DNA of 64,000 nucleotides, taken from Acidimicrobiia bacterium (GTDB lineage Bacteria; Actinomycetota; Acidimicrobiia; Acidimicrobiales; Aldehydirespiratoraceae). The stretch lies in the NCBI GenBank assembly GCA_003231645.1, contig QIIW01000151.1, positions 8,621 to 72,620 of the forward strand, in the 5' to 3' direction. Position numbers and translations under genes: made by a program. The notes under the pieces are model-generated. The model was not told where the DNA came from. It saw only the letters and a list, made by a program, of their open reading frames with translations, and ran no database searches. Shown here piece after piece: positions 26,865 to 40,479 of this stretch. Position 1 is the first letter of the stretch. Each line of letters starts with the position of its first letter.

Positions 26865-27904
26865 TGCCGATACCGGACGTGGTGGCCGGCCTGGCCTGGG
26901 ATCCGCAGATGCGCGGCTTCATGGCGGTTCTCGTCGCCGTGGTGGTGCTGGTCGGTTCGGTCCGGCTTCTTCTCAGTACCAACTCCGGACCCCGCCTCGG
27001 CACCCTTCTCGCTCTCGCCGGGCTGTTCGGCTGGATGACGATTCTCGCCACCGTGTGGTGGATCTACGGGATCGGCTACAAGGGTTTCTCACCGAGTTGG
27101 CGGCCGGTGGAGATTGTCGCATCGGCCGACCGGGGTGACTTGACTCTGGCCGCACACGATCGAGCCAACACGCTTCACAGCGAGGAACTCCCGCGGGCCT
27201 ACGATCTGGTGGTCGCCTCCGACGATCCGGTTGCTCTTGTCGACTTCGGACCGGTGAGCCGCGAATCATTGCCACCGGCGGAACTTCTCGGAAGGACCGA
27301 CGCCGAGATTCAGGCGTTGGTGGACGAGACCCAGGCTCTCCACGAAGCCACCACACTCTCCGAACTCGATGCCGTCGCTCCGGAGCTCATCGACGAGAGC
27401 CTGCCCGCGTTCGGCGGTTGGAACCTGCTCTCGAGCGCAGAATCCGGTGAAGCACAGGCTTCAGCGGGGGCCATGCTCACCGTGAGCAGCGATTTCGGAT
27501 TCACCGACACGACCCAGTTCGAGGTCCTCGAGGCCCACACCGTGGGAGGCAAGTCACCCCTGCCGCCGAATCCCACCCGTTGGGACCGTATCTACACCCA
27601 GACCAGGTCGGCTCTCACCATCACCATCACCATCACGATCCGCTACGGCATCGTGCAGGTCCAACGTGTCACACCCGGGTCTTTGGTCACTATTCCCGGC
27701 GAGGCACCCCCCCGGGCTATGGCCGACACCGGTCAGCCGGTAATCTCCGTCGTGATGATTCGAGACCTCGGCAATCCGAGGGTCCTCCCGGCATTGGTAG
27801 CAGTAGGTTCGGGATTGATCTTCGCAGCCTTGGTATACATGCTCCACGAGCGAGACAAGGAAGCCATGAGACGACGAGCCGAATTCCGGACAGAAACGGC
27901 ATAG
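26864..27904 (+). CDS. hypothetical membrane protein linking the cytochrome c gene to nuoA
   Basis: 346 aa. The ATG overlaps the cytochrome c stop (TGATG) and the gene ends 3 nt before nuoA. N- and C-terminal TM helices. No recognised motif. Confidence 0.7.
   Translation: MPIPDVVAGLAWDPQMRGFMAVLVAVVVLVGSVRLLLSTNSGPRLGTLLALAGLFGWMTILATVWWIYGIGYKGFSPSWRPVEIVASADRGDLTLAAHDRANTLHSEELPRAYDLVVASDDPVALVDFGPVSRESLPPAELLGRTDAEIQALVDETQALHEATTLSELDAVAPELIDESLPAFGGWNLLSSAESGEAQASAGAMLTVSSDFGFTDTTQFEVLEAHTVGGKSPLPPNPTRWDRIYTQTRSALTITITITIRYGIVQVQRVTPGSLVTIPGEAPPRAMADTGQPVISVVMIRDLGNPRVLPALVAVGSGLIFAALVYMLHERDKEAMRRRAEFRTETA
27617..27640 (+). repeat. (ACCATC)x3 plus ACGATC hexanucleotide repeat encoding TITITITI
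   Basis: Read directly from the sequence. In the +2 frame it would read His7. Confidence 0.6.
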
Positions 27905-27907
27905 GGC

Positions 27908-28387
27908 ATGCTTGGCCAGTACCTTCCCCTGCTGGCGTTGCTCGCGATCGCCACCCTGTTCTCAGCGGTCAGTCTCGTCATGTCGGGGCTGCTCGCCCCC
28001 AGCAAGCCGACCCCGCCGAAGCTCGACGCCTATGAGTGCGGCATCGTTCCCAGTCGCGACACCCCGGCGCGTTTTCCGGTCCGGTTCTTCCTGGTGGCGA
28101 TGATCTTCATCGTCTTCGACATCGAGATCATCTTCTTCTACCCGTGGGCGGTCGCCCACCGCGGACTCGGTCTCTTCGGTCTCGGCTCGATCCTGATCTT
28201 CTCGTTCGCCGTGTTCGAGTCGTTCGTCTACCTGATCGGAAACGGCGCTCTCCAGTGGGGCCCGCTCAAACAGGTCGCCCACCCCGATGGTTCCGTCTCC
28301 TCCAAACGCACCACCACCACCACGGTGCGCCGTGTCGGTCTCGAAGACCGCATCCCCGGGCCGGTCGGCACCGAGGAGGCGGCCTGA
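27908..28387 (+). CDS. nuoA: NADH-quinone oxidoreductase subunit A
   Basis: 3 TM with DAYECGIVP and [12 protein letters not shown]. About 35 aa of extra C-terminal tail. Confidence 0.9.
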   Translation: MLGQYLPLLALLAIATLFSAVSLVMSGLLAPSKPTPPKLDAYECGIVPSRDTPARFPVRFFLVAMIFIVFDIEIIFFYPWAVAHRGLGLFGLGSILIFSFAVFESFVYLIGNGALQWGPLKQVAHPDGSVSSKRTTTTTVRRVGLEDRIPGPVGTEEAA

Positions 28388-28971
28388 TGGGGCTCATCGG
28401 CGACGTGAAGGACAACGGTCTGGAGGGTCTCGAATACAACTTCGTCACCGGGCAGGTCGAGAACCTCGTCCAGTGGGCCCGCACCCGTAGCCTTTGGCCG
28501 GCCACATTCGGGCTGGCCTGTTGTGCCATCGAGATGATGGCCGCCGGGGCCGCCCACTACGATCTCGCTCGCTACGGAATGGAGGTCTTCCGGGCCTCTC
28601 CCCGTCAGGCCGATCTCATGATCGTCGCCGGCCGGGTGTCCCAGAAGATGTCGCCGGTGCTGCGTCAGGTCTACGACCAGATGATGGAACCGAAGTGGGT
28701 CATCTCGATGGGGGTGTGTGCATCGAGTGGTGGCATGTTCAACAACTACGCCATCGTCCAGGGCATCGACGAGGTCGTTCCGGTCGATGTCTACGCACCG
28801 GGCTGCCCTCCCGGGCCCGAGACCCTGCTGCACGCCATCTTCACGCTCCACGAGAAGATCCAGACGGGCGAGATCGTCCGACGCCGGGCCGACAACGGAG
28901 GCGGTGCCGGCATCACAATCGAGCAGCGTGATGGACAATCGGCGCCTCTGGAGATCCGGAGCGCACGGTGA
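28387..28971 (+). CDS. nuoB: NADH-quinone oxidoreductase subunit B
   Basis: The ATG overlaps the nuoA stop. [26 protein letters not shown] and APGCPP (N2 ligands). Confidence 0.93.
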   Translation: MGLIGDVKDNGLEGLEYNFVTGQVENLVQWARTRSLWPATFGLACCAIEMMAAGAAHYDLARYGMEVFRASPRQADLMIVAGRVSQKMSPVLRQVYDQMMEPKWVISMGVCASSGGMFNNYAIVQGIDEVVPVDVYAPGCPPGPETLLHAIFTLHEKIQTGEIVRRRADNGGGAGITIEQRDGQSAPLEIRSAR

Positions 28972-29510
28972 GCGGTCAACCCGACGAGGCCGAACCCGAT
29001 GGCGGCGATGACGTCGTATCCCGGCCCGAATCCCTCACCCGATACGGCGCCCCACTCACCCATTCCCATGGTCAGGTCGTCATCCATCCCACCCGTGACA
29101 CCTGGCTCGAAGTGGCCGAGTCGGCACGGGTCGAAGGCTTCGACCATCTCACCGACATCACCGCGGTCGACTTCTTGACGTACGAAGCGGGGCGCGATCT
29201 GCCCGACGGCGTCGAGCCCGAGCGCTTCGAGGTTGTCGCCACCCTTTCGAGCATGGCGAGCCGTGAGCGAATACGGATGCGGGTGCAGGTGCCGGAGGAC
29301 GATCCCACACTTCCGTCGCTGTTCGACGTTTGGCCGGGCAGTGAGACTCCCGAGAGGGAGGTCTACGACATGTTCGGCGTCGTGTTCGTGGATCATCCTG
29401 ACATGTGTCGGATCCTGATGCCCGACGACTGGGTGGGTCATCCCCTCCGCAAGGACTTCGCGATCGGACGGATTCCGGTTCAGTTCAAGGACGAAGGCAT
29501 GAGGCGATGA
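28968..29510 (+). CDS. nuoC: NADH-quinone oxidoreductase subunit C
   Basis: GTGA overlap with nuo[19 protein letters not shown] and LRKDF. Confidence 0.9.
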   Translation: MSGQPDEAEPDGGDDVVSRPESLTRYGAPLTHSHGQVVIHPTRDTWLEVAESARVEGFDHLTDITAVDFLTYEAGRDLPDGVEPERFEVVATLSSMASRERIRMRVQVPEDDPTLPSLFDVWPGSETPEREVYDMFGVVFVDHPDMCRILMPDDWVGHPLRKDFAIGRIPVQFKDEGMRR

Positions 29511-30841
29511 ACGTCACCGAGACTCCGGCCGAATCATCGGTCGGAGAAGCGCCGGGGGAACCGGCGGCCGCCGACTCGGCCGAGCGCGTGCGCCGCCGCG
29601 GTGACGACAGCGCCGTGTTGCGCATGTCGGATACCGAGGCGGCCGAGATCGGTGGCGATCCGAGAACTCCCGACCATGACCAACGGGTCCTGCTCAACAT
29701 GGGGCCGTCTCATCCCTCCACTCACGGTGTCCTGCGTCTGATGCTCGAGTTGGAGGGCGAGACCGTGTTGCGCTCGAAGCCGGTTGTCGGCTACCTCCAC
29801 ACCGGCATGGAGAAGCAGGGTGAACAGCTTTCCTACCTGCAGGGCTGCACCAACGTCACGCGTATGGACTACGCCTCGCCGTTGTTCACCGAGTTGGCGT
29901 TCTCACTCGCCACCGAGAAGCTGCTCGAGATCGAGATCCCGGAGCGTGCCACCTGGATCCGGATGTTGATGTGCGAGTTCAACCGACTGGCATCCCACTT
30001 CCTGTTCATGGCATCCAACGGCATGGATCTCGGCGCGGTGGGCATGATGATCTACGGCTGGAGGGAGCGCGAGGAGATACTTCGCTTCTTCGAGAAGGTC
30101 ACCGGCCTTCGCATGAACCACAACTACATCCGGCCCGGTGGTGTGGCCGCTGATCTGCCCGACGGATGGCAGTACGACGTGGCCCGACTGCTCGAGATCA
30201 TCCCGCCCCGTCTCGAGGAATACGACAAGCTCATGACCGGACAGCCCATCTGGCGGGCCCGACTCCAGGGTGTGGGCGCCATGGCGCCGGAGGAAGCGGT
30301 CGCGTTGTCGGCCACCGGCCCGCTGCTGCGCTCCACCGGCGTGGCGGTCGATCTCCGTCGTGATGAGCCCTATCTCGCCTACGACCGGGTCGAGTTCGAC
30401 GTGATCGTCGGCACCTACGGCGACAGCTACGACCGCTACGCGATCAGGCTCAACGAGATCCGAGAATCGATCCGGATCCTCCATCAGATCCTCGACATGA
30501 TGCCGCCCGGTGACTACCGGGTGCAGGACAAGAAGATCACTCCGCCGCCCCGGGCCCGTATCGACGAATCGATGGAGGCCCTGATACACCACTTCAAGAT
30601 CTTCACCGAGGGATACAAGGTCCCGGCCGGCGAGGTCTACGCCGCGGTCGAGTCACCCCGTGGTGAACTCGGTGTCTACATGGTGAGCGACGGGTCGTCG
30701 CACCCTTACCGAATGCACGTCCGTTCGCCGAGCTTCATCAACCTTCAATGTCTCCCGCATCTGATGCAATACGGTCTGATTGCCGACGGTGTCGCCATCA
30801 TCTCGTCGGTTGATCCGATCATGGGTGAGGTCGACCGATGA
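29507..30841 (+). CDS. nuoD: NADH-quinone oxidoreductase subunit D
   Basis: ATGA overlap with nuoC. NMGPSHPSTHGVLRL. About 55 aa of acidic N-terminal extension. Confidence 0.92.
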   Translation: MNVTETPAESSVGEAPGEPAAADSAERVRRRGDDSAVLRMSDTEAAEIGGDPRTPDHDQRVLLNMGPSHPSTHGVLRLMLELEGETVLRSKPVVGYLHTGMEKQGEQLSYLQGCTNVTRMDYASPLFTELAFSLATEKLLEIEIPERATWIRMLMCEFNRLASHFLFMASNGMDLGAVGMMIYGWREREEILRFFEKVTGLRMNHNYIRPGGVAADLPDGWQYDVARLLEIIPPRLEEYDKLMTGQPIWRARLQGVGAMAPEEAVALSATGPLLRSTGVAVDLRRDEPYLAYDRVEFDVIVGTYGDSYDRYAIRLNEIRESIRILHQILDMMPPGDYRVQDKKITPPPRARIDESMEALIHHFKIFTEGYKVPAGEVYAAVESPRGELGVYMVSDGSSHPYRMHVRSPSFINLQCLPHLMQYGLIADGVAIISSVDPIMGEVDR

Positions 30842-31458
30842 GCAGATTCAGCCTCGACAACGAGTCGATCGCGCGTGAGATCATCTCGCGGTATCCGCGC
30901 CCCAAGTCGGCGCTGATCCCGCTGCTACACCTGGCACAGGAGCAGGACGGCTGGGTCACCATCGACGCCATGCGCCACATCGCCGAACTCACCGGCACCA
31001 CCCCAGCCGAGGTCATGGGTACCGGCTCCTTCTACGAGATGTTCAAGTTCCATCCGGTCGGCAGGTACGTGATCAACATCTGCTCCAATATCACCTGTCA
31101 GCTGATGGGCGCCGAGAGCCTCCTCGAACATGCCGAGGCCAAGCTCGGTGTGAAGGTCGGTGGCACCACCGCCGACGGTCTGTTCACCCTCGAGGACGTG
31201 GAGTGCATAGCGGCCTGTACGGAAGCGCCGGCACTGCAGGTCAACTACCGCTACCGCCTCCGGGTCACCGCCGAGGACTTCGATCAACTCGTCGACGACA
31301 TTCGCAGCGGCACCGCCCGTGACATCCCCGAGCACGGCACGCTCTCGCTGGTGCGTCAGAGCATTCCCGCCGACCGTGGCGCCGGAATCGTTCCACCCGA
31401 ACAGGCCCGTGAAGTATCGGTCTGGATGGCCCGCAACGACGCAGCGGAGCAGAACTGA
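30838..31458 (+). CDS. nuoE: NADH-quinone oxidoreductase subunit E
   Basis: Thioredoxin-like 2Fe-2S pattern ICSNITC ... CIAAC. Confidence 0.9.
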   Translation: MSRFSLDNESIAREIISRYPRPKSALIPLLHLAQEQDGWVTIDAMRHIAELTGTTPAEVMGTGSFYEMFKFHPVGRYVINICSNITCQLMGAESLLEHAEAKLGVKVGGTTADGLFTLEDVECIAACTEAPALQVNYRYRLRVTAEDFDQLVDDIRSGTARDIPEHGTLSLVRQSIPADRGAGIVPPEQAREVSVWMARNDAAEQN

Positions 31459-32870
31459 TGCCCACCCACGCCTACGTCCCCCATGCTCCCGGATATGTCG
31501 ACAACGACGGGCCCAAGATCATCACCAAACGGTTCCCGCTCGAGGACTCCTACACGCTTGAGCGTTCCGAGGCCACCGGCGGCTACGCAGGACTGCGGGC
31601 CGCCCTGGACCGCACCCCGGCCGAGGTCCATACCGAGGTCCGCGATGCCACCCTGCTGGGGCGTGGTGGCGCAGGTTTCCCGGCCGGCATCAAGTGGGGT
31701 TTCCTGCCCCCCGGAAAGTTCCCCTACTATCTCGTGGTCAACGGCGACGAGAGCGAGCCCGGCACCTACAAGGACCGACTCCTCATGGAGCGTGATCCCC
31801 ATCAGGTGATCGAGGGGTGTCTCATCACCTGTTACGCCCTCGGGCTGGCCCAGTGTTTCCTCTATGTCCGTGGCGAGATGGCGCTGGCCCAGGAACGCAT
31901 AGCCAGGGCCCTCAATGACGCCTACGCCGCCGGATACGTGGGCCGCAACATCCTCGGCACCGACTTCTCGGTCGACATCACGCTCAGCTGGGGCGCGGGT
32001 GCCTACATCGTCGGTGAGGAGACCGCTCTCATCGAGAGTCTCGAAGGCAACCGGGGCATGCCCCGCCTCAAGCCACCGTTCTTCCCGGCCGCCATTGGTC
32101 TCTACGGCCAGCCCACCATCGTCAACAACATCGAGACGATGTCGAACCTGCCGTGGCTGATGACCAACGGCGCCGAGCAATACAAGACCTACGGTTCCGA
32201 GACGTCTCCCGGCACCCGCCTGTTCGCGGTGTCGGGCCACGTGAGGCGCCCCGGGGTCTACGAGGTCGAACAGGGCGTCACCACCTTCCGTGAGTTGTTC
32301 TACGGCGACAACTTCTGTCAGGGCATACGCGAGGGACATGAACTCAAGATGTTCATTCCCGGTGGTGGCTCGGCCCCGTGGTTCTTCCCCGAGCAACTCG
32401 ATTTCCCGCTCGAGGCCAGGCCGGTCGGCGCGGGTGGTTCGATGCTGGGCTCCGGCGCGATCGTGGTCATGGACGAGACCACCGACGCGGTCAAGGCCGC
32501 TCTGAGGCTCGTGCGTTTCTACGCCCGTGAGTCGTGTGGAAAGTGCACGCCCTGTCGCGAGGGAACCACCTGGGAGGAGCGCATTCTCCAGAGAATTGTC
32601 GACGGCGAGGGTCGTCCGAGCGACATCGACCTCCTGCTCGACGTTGCCGACAACATCAGCCCCGGCCCGTATCCGGTGGCCGCACATCCTGATGCCGGTC
32701 TCGACGCGATTCCATTTCCGCCACGCCAGACCACCATCTGCCCGCTGGGTCCTTCGTCGGTCGCCCCGATCACGTCGACCATCAGGCGATTCCGCCACGA
32801 GTACGAAGCGAAGATCACCCGGCGCAACTCCATTGCGGTGAGTGCGGGTTCGGTGGAGGTGGCGTCGTGA
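31458..32870 (+). CDS. nuoF: NADH-quinone oxidoreductase subunit F
   Basis: GRGGAGFPAGIKWGF (FMN/NADH site) and ESCGKCTPCREG (N3). Confidence 0.94.
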   Translation: MPTHAYVPHAPGYVDNDGPKIITKRFPLEDSYTLERSEATGGYAGLRAALDRTPAEVHTEVRDATLLGRGGAGFPAGIKWGFLPPGKFPYYLVVNGDESEPGTYKDRLLMERDPHQVIEGCLITCYALGLAQCFLYVRGEMALAQERIARALNDAYAAGYVGRNILGTDFSVDITLSWGAGAYIVGEETALIESLEGNRGMPRLKPPFFPAAIGLYGQPTIVNNIETMSNLPWLMTNGAEQYKTYGSETSPGTRLFAVSGHVRRPGVYEVEQGVTTFRELFYGDNFCQGIREGHELKMFIPGGGSAPWFFPEQLDFPLEARPVGAGGSMLGSGAIVVMDETTDAVKAALRLVRFYARESCGKCTPCREGTTWEERILQRIVDGEGRPSDIDLLLDVADNISPGPYPVAAHPDAGLDAIPFPPRQTTICPLGPSSVAPITSTIRRFRHEYEAKITRRNSIAVSAGSVEVAS

Positions 32871-35344
32871 CCAACACGGAAGCCAAGACGACTCTCTCGG
32901 TCACCATCGATGGTGAGGTGTTCGAGGCCCGACCGGGTGAGCTGCTGATCGAAGCCTGCGAGCGGGCCGGCACCTACATCCCCCGGTTCTGCTACCACTC
33001 CCGGATGAAGCCGGTCGGCATGTGTCGCATGTGCCTGGTCGAGGTCGATACCGGCCGCGGCCCGGCCCTGCAGCCGGCGTGCATGTTGCCCTGCTCCGAT
33101 GGCATGACCGTCAGCACCGAGACCCCGGGTACACGAAAGGTGCAGGCCGGCATACTCGAGTACCTGCTGATCAACCATCCGCTCGACTGCCCGGTCTGCG
33201 ACAAGGGCGGCGAATGCCCGCTCCAGGACCAAACAGTGGCATACGGCCCGGGTGAGTCGCGTTTCGTCGAGGAGAAACGCCACTACGAGAAGCCGATCCC
33301 GATCAACGACAATGTGTTCCTCGATCGAGAGCGTTGCATCCTCTGTGATCGCTGTACCCGCTTTGCCGACACCGTGGCCGGCGACAAACTGATCCACTTC
33401 ATGGACCGGGGCAACAACACCCAGGTCAACACGTTCCCCGACGAGCCGTTCGCCTCCTACTTCTCGGGCAACACGGTTCAGATCTGCCCTGTCGGCGCCC
33501 TCACCGCGAGGCCCTACCGCTTCAAGGCCCGTCCCTGGGACCTCGACGAGACGGTGTCGACGGCGTGGACCGATTCGGCCGGCGCCCGCGTCGCCGTGCA
33601 GTCTTCGCGCGACAAGGTGATCCGCCTGCTCGGCATCGATTCCGACCCGGTCAACTGGGGATGGCTTTCCGACAAGGAACGTTTCGCCTTCGAGGCCCTC
33701 AACTCCGACGACCGTCTCACCGCCCCACTGACCCGGGTCGGCGATCATCTCGTGCCCACCGGCTGGTCGACCGCACTCGAAAGGGCCGTGTCGTTGCTCT
33801 CCGATGCCGACCCCGACAGGGTCGCGGTGATCGGCGGGGCGCGCCTCACCAACGAGTCGCAGTATGCGTGGGCCAAGCTGGCCAAGGGCGTGATCGGAAC
33901 CGACAACGTCGACTCGCAACTTGCCGACGGGCTCGATCCCGAGTTGGTGCTGGGACTTCCCCGAGCCACCATCGACGAGGCCTGCACCCCCGGCGGCACC
34001 ATCATCTTGTGCGGGCCCGACCCCAAAGAAGAGATCGGGTCGCTCTACCTGCGTCTGCGTCATGCCGTGGTCCACGACGATGCCAGGCTCATCGAGCTCA
34101 CGCCCACAGCCACCGGCCTGAGTCCGGTCGCCGCCCACAGCCTCCATCCGAGGCCGGGCGAGGTCGCTGATCTGGCCCGTGCCCTCGTCGAGGCGGCCAA
34201 TGGCGGCCCGGCCGTTTCAGCCGCCGGAGTGTCAGCCGAGGAGATTTCCTCGGCGGCGGTCGCCATCGACGGCTCGGTCACGATCATCATCGGGAGGGCC
34301 TCTCTCGCCGAGTCGGCCGATTGTGTCACCGACGCCGCCCTGCAGTTGGCCGCCCTGCCCGGTTCACGCTTCCTGTCGGCGCTTCGTCGGGGCAACATCC
34401 ACGGAGCCCTCGACTCTGGCCTCGCCCCCGGCCTGCTGCCCGGGCGCACCACGATCGAGGCCGGGGCCGCCCGGTTCGCCGACGCCTGGCCCTCGACGCC
34501 GGCGTCCCGTGGCCTCGACACGGCCGGAATCCTTGCCGCCGCCGCCGACGGCCGAATCGACGTTCTGGTGTTGCTCGGATCAGATCCGATCAACGACTTC
34601 GCCGGCCGGCCGCTCGCCGCGGCTGCCCTCGAGACGGTGCCCAACGTGATCGCACTCGACATGCTGGTCAACGACTCGATCGCCATGGCGGCCGACGTGG
34701 TTCTCGCCGCCTCGGGCGCCACGGAATCGGCCGGCACGTTCACCAACCTCGAGGGTCGCATCAGTGTCTGCCGGCAGCGGGTCACCCCACCCGGAACCGC
34801 TCGCGCCGATTGGATGATCGCTTCGGAGATCGCCCGTCGGCTCGGTTTCGATCTCGGCTTTGATTCCGTCGAGTCGATCAGGGCCGAGATCGCAGCGGTT
34901 TCCGTTGTCCACTCGGGGCTCGACGAGAAGGCGTTGGCCGAAGCTCTGGTCGACGGCCTGCTGATCGGCGGTTCGGGCGACATCATGGTTCCCGGAGTGG
35001 TCGGCGTGTCGCCGAGCGCCCACGACGCCTACTCACTTCGCCTGGTTGCCTCCCGGTCGATGTACGACGACGGCGTGGCGCTCCGAAATTCGCCATCGAG
35101 TCGCGGCCTGGCCCGCTCGGTCACCCTTCGTCTCAACCCGACCGACTTCGACAAGATCGGCGTCGACCGTGGCACCGTGGTCAGGACCGAGTCGGCAGTC
35201 GGCAGACTGCTCGTACCGGTGGAGCCTGATCCGGGAGTTCCCGTGGGCTCGGCCGTACTTCCGTGGGCGGCCCCCGGATCACCGGCCAACACTTTGATCG
35301 ACCCGTTTTCGACGGTCACCGACGTGAGAGTGGAACGCGCATGA
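32867..35344 (+). CDS. nuoG: NADH-quinone oxidoreductase subunit G
   Basis: CYHSRMKPVGMCRMC, HPLDCPVCDKGGECPLQD, CILCDRCTRF and a molybdopterin-like domain. Confidence 0.94.
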   Translation: MTNTEAKTTLSVTIDGEVFEARPGELLIEACERAGTYIPRFCYHSRMKPVGMCRMCLVEVDTGRGPALQPACMLPCSDGMTVSTETPGTRKVQAGILEYLLINHPLDCPVCDKGGECPLQDQTVAYGPGESRFVEEKRHYEKPIPINDNVFLDRERCILCDRCTRFADTVAGDKLIHFMDRGNNTQVNTFPDEPFASYFSGNTVQICPVGALTARPYRFKARPWDLDETVSTAWTDSAGARVAVQSSRDKVIRLLGIDSDPVNWGWLSDKERFAFEALNSDDRLTAPLTRVGDHLVPTGWSTALERAVSLLSDADPDRVAVIGGARLTNESQYAWAKLAKGVIGTDNVDSQLADGLDPELVLGLPRATIDEACTPGGTIILCGPDPKEEIGSLYLRLRHAVVHDDARLIELTPTATGLSPVAAHSLHPRPGEVADLARALVEAANGGPAVSAAGVSAEEISSAAVAIDGSVTIIIGRASLAESADCVTDAALQLAALPGSRFLSALRRGNIHGALDSGLAPGLLPGRTTIEAGAARFADAWPSTPASRGLDTAGILAAAADGRIDVLVLLGSDPINDFAGRPLAAAALETVPNVIALDMLVNDSIAMAADVVLAASGATESAGTFTNLEGRISVCRQRVTPPGTARADWMIASEIARRLGFDLGFDSVESIRAEIAAVSVVHSGLDEKALAEALVDGLLIGGSGDIMVPGVVGVSPSAHDAYSLRLVASRSMYDDGVALRNSPSSRGLARSVTLRLNPTDFDKIGVDRGTVVRTESAVGRLLVPVEPDPGVPVGSAVLPWAAPGSPANTLIDPFSTVTDVRVERA

Positions 35345-36561
35345 TTCTCGCCTTGGATCCTCTGTACCTCACCAACATCGGACTGGCTGTGGTGCTCATC
35401 GCCCTGCTCAAGGTGGTGCTGGCGTTCGCGATCGTGCTGGTCGCGGTGTTGTTCATGGTGTGGTTCGAGCGCAAGGTCATCGCCGACATGCAGCACCGTA
35501 TCGGGCCCAACATTGCCGGGCCTTGGGGGCTGTTCCAGACTCTCGCCGATGGCCTCAAGCTCCTGATGAAGGAAGACCTCGTTCCGGAACATTCCAATCG
35601 GTTCGTGTTCAAGCTGGCGCCGTTCCTCGCGATAGTTCCCGCGTTCCTGACGTTCGCGATCATCCCGATCGGCGGTAACTTCGAATCGAAGGGTGGGTCC
35701 GTACGGATCTTCGGTTATGACACCTATCTACAGGTCGCCGATCCGCCGATCGGCATTCTGCTGTTCTTGGCCATGTCGTCGATCGCGGTCTATGGCGTCA
35801 TGCTGGCCGGCTGGTCGTCGGGCTCGAAATTCCCGCTCCTCGGGTCGGTTCGTGCCTCGGCCCAGATGGTCAGCTACGAGGCAGCGCTGGGGCTCTCGGT
35901 CCTCGCGGTCATCCTTCAGACCGGGTCACTTTCAACCCACGAAATGGTCGCCGATCAGGCCGCCGGCGGCTTCCTCGGATTCATCCCCAACTGGAACATC
36001 ATCGTCACCGGTTTCGTGCCGTTCCTGATTTTCCTGATTGCCGGCACCGCCGAACTCAATCGGCCGCCGTTTGATCTGGTCGAAGCCGAACAGGAACTCG
36101 TCGGTGGCTTCCACACCGAGTACTCCTCGTTTCGGTTCGCCATCTTCTTCCTCGCGGAATACCTCAACACCATCAATATGTCGGCGATCATCGTCACGCT
36201 CTTCCTCGGTGGCCCGTCGGGTCCGGTTCTCATCGAAGGCATCGACTGGGCGTGGGGCATCCTCTGGTTCCTCGTCAAGCTCTTCGTCTTCCTCTTCGCC
36301 TTCGTCTGGTTCCGTGCCACTCTTCCGAGGTTCCGCTACGACCAGTTGATGGATCTCGGGTGGAAGCTCCTGATCCCGCTCTCCCTGGGATGGTTCCTGT
36401 TCCTGGCCGCCCTCAACATCGGCAACGACCGGGGCTGGAACCCCGGCGTGGTCGTGGGCGTCACGATCGTCGGCGGTTTTGCCGGTGGGGCACTTTTGAT
36501 GGCCGCGATCAGGACCGCCCGAACCGAGCGGATCTCCCAGGAGGTCGACGCACATGGCTGA
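35341..36561 (+). CDS. nuoH: NADH-quinone oxidoreductase subunit H
   Basis: ATG 35341 overlaps the nuoG stop. [17 protein letters not shown] and [15 protein letters not shown]. Confidence 0.93.
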   Translation: MILALDPLYLTNIGLAVVLIALLKVVLAFAIVLVAVLFMVWFERKVIADMQHRIGPNIAGPWGLFQTLADGLKLLMKEDLVPEHSNRFVFKLAPFLAIVPAFLTFAIIPIGGNFESKGGSVRIFGYDTYLQVADPPIGILLFLAMSSIAVYGVMLAGWSSGSKFPLLGSVRASAQMVSYEAALGLSVLAVILQTGSLSTHEMVADQAAGGFLGFIPNWNIIVTGFVPFLIFLIAGTAELNRPPFDLVEAEQELVGGFHTEYSSFRFAIFFLAEYLNTINMSAIIVTLFLGGPSGPVLIEGIDWAWGILWFLVKLFVFLFAFVWFRATLPRFRYDQLMDLGWKLLIPLSLGWFLFLAALNIGNDRGWNPGVVVGVTIVGGFAGGALLMAAIRTARTERISQEVDAHG

Positions 36562-37231
36562 TCCCCTCGACTACATCCGTGGCTTCGGGGTCACATTCAA
36601 GAAGCTGTTCGAAGAACGCCTCACCCTCCAATACCGCGGCGGCAAGGGCAAGCCGGGAAAGCCCGACGAGAAGCGCGAGAAGGGGCTGCGGTTCCACGGC
36701 CGTCATGTCCTCAATCGCTACGAAGACGGTATGGAGAAGTGCATCGGCTGTGAGCTGTGCGCCGGTGTCTGCCCGGCCAAGTGCATCTACGTGCGTGGCG
36801 CCGACAACGACCCCGACAACCCCACCTCACCGGGTGAACGCTTCGGTTACGTCTACCAGATCAACTATCTGCGTTGCATCCATTGCGACCTCTGCGTCGA
36901 GGCCTGCCCCACGCAGGCCATCACCGAGTCGAAGCTCTTCGAGTTCTCGTTCACCAATCGCAACGACGCCATCTACACCAAGAACGAACTACTGGTCGAC
37001 GACAATGGAAAGCCCCGTTGGCTGCCTTGGGAGGACTGGCGCGACGGTGAGGACGAACACACCTCCGCTTGGATGCGTGCCACCTCGCCCGCCGGTGATC
37101 ATCGCTACGAGGGTGTGGTGGCGTGGTCCGGTGAACTGGGCCACGGCGTGAGGTCACCGGAGGTCGGCCAGAGCGATTCAGCCGACGAGTCCAGCCGGCC
37201 CGAGATGGCCACGACAGAGGTTGAACAATGA
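36554..37231 (+). CDS. nuoI: NADH-quinone oxidoreductase subunit I
   Basis: [12 protein letters not shown] and [13 protein letters not shown] long C-terminal tail. Confidence 0.93.
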   Translation: MADPLDYIRGFGVTFKKLFEERLTLQYRGGKGKPGKPDEKREKGLRFHGRHVLNRYEDGMEKCIGCELCAGVCPAKCIYVRGADNDPDNPTSPGERFGYVYQINYLRCIHCDLCVEACPTQAITESKLFEFSFTNRNDAIYTKNELLVDDNGKPRWLPWEDWRDGEDEHTSAWMRATSPAGDHRYEGVVAWSGELGHGVRSPEVGQSDSADESSRPEMATTEVEQ

Positions 37232-37839
37232 GCGAGGTGATCGTCTTTTTCTTCGCTGCCGCCATCATCCTCGTCGGGGCGGTCGGCGTGGTGGTGGCCC
37301 GCAATCCGGTCCATTCTGCGCTGTTCCTGGTGCAGACATTATTCGGGGTGGCGATCATCTTTCTGATCCAGGACGCCAACTTCCTGGCCGCCGTGCAGAT
37401 CATGGTCTACGCGGGCGCGATCGTGATCCTCTTCCTGTTCGTGATCATGCTTCTCGGAGTCGACAGCGCCGAGGAACTCGACGTCGACCCGATAGCGGGT
37501 CAACGGCCTCTGGCCGTGGTGCTCGGCGCGGCGCTTCTGGGCGTCGGCCTCACCGTTGTGCTCGTTGCCGCCAAGGGGATCACCGGGGCCAGGGCCACGG
37601 CGGGCGGTGAACACGCTCTCGACAACGGCCTGAGCGATGTCGAGCGAATCGGCCGGGTCCTGTTCACCGAATACGTGTTCGCGTTCGAAGCCACCGCGGC
37701 GCTGCTGACCATTGCCGTCATCGGTGCGGTGGTCCTCACCCGCCGTGCCGCTGCCGCCGACATGCTCCCCGACCGCGAGCCGGCGAGTTTCGAATTGCCG
37801 CCCCTTGCTCCGGCGATCGACGAGGAGGAGGAGCACTGA
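37228..37839 (+). CDS. nuoJ: NADH-quinone oxidoreductase subunit J
   Basis: 5 TM with [20 protein letters not shown]. Confidence 0.88.
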   Translation: MSEVIVFFFAAAIILVGAVGVVVARNPVHSALFLVQTLFGVAIIFLIQDANFLAAVQIMVYAGAIVILFLFVIMLLGVDSAEELDVDPIAGQRPLAVVLGAALLGVGLTVVLVAAKGITGARATAGGEHALDNGLSDVERIGRVLFTEYVFAFEATAALLTIAVIGAVVLTRRAAAADMLPDREPASFELPPLAPAIDEEEEH

Positions 37840-38144
37840 TGGAAGTCACCACCAACTGGTACCTCGTGCTGGCGATTCTCATGTTCTCGATCGGTGCGGT
37901 CGGCTTGATGGTCCGGCGCAACCCGCTGGTCATGTTCATGTCGGTCGAGTTGATGCTCAACTCGGTCAACATCACATTCGTGTCACTGGGCACGGCGCTC
38001 AACGACGTCGGCGGTCAGATAGCGGTGTTCTTCGTGCTGGTGGTGGCGGCGGTCGAGGTCGTTGTGGGCCTGGCGTTGATCGTGGCGATCAACCGTCGAC
38101 ATCCCGATGCCGACGCCGACGACCTGTCGGTACTGAGAGGCTGA
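37839..38144 (+). CDS. nuoK: NADH-quinone oxidoreductase subunit K
   Basis: 101 aa, 3 TM, with MSVELMLNSVN and AAVEVVVGLA. Confidence 0.9.
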   Translation: MEVTTNWYLVLAILMFSIGAVGLMVRRNPLVMFMSVELMLNSVNITFVSLGTALNDVGGQIAVFFVLVVAAVEVVVGLALIVAINRRHPDADADDLSVLRG

Positions 38145-38154
38145 GACAGACATC

Positions 38155-40475
<2,321 letters not shown>

Positions 40476-40479
<4 letters not shown>

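Noticed and set aside
27617-27640. CACCATCACCATCACCATCAC looks like a synthetic His7-tag coding sequence
   Set aside because: It is His-coding only in a frame that is otherwise junk. The long, well-supported ORF reads it as TITITITI. No vector, linker or protease-site sequence flanks it.
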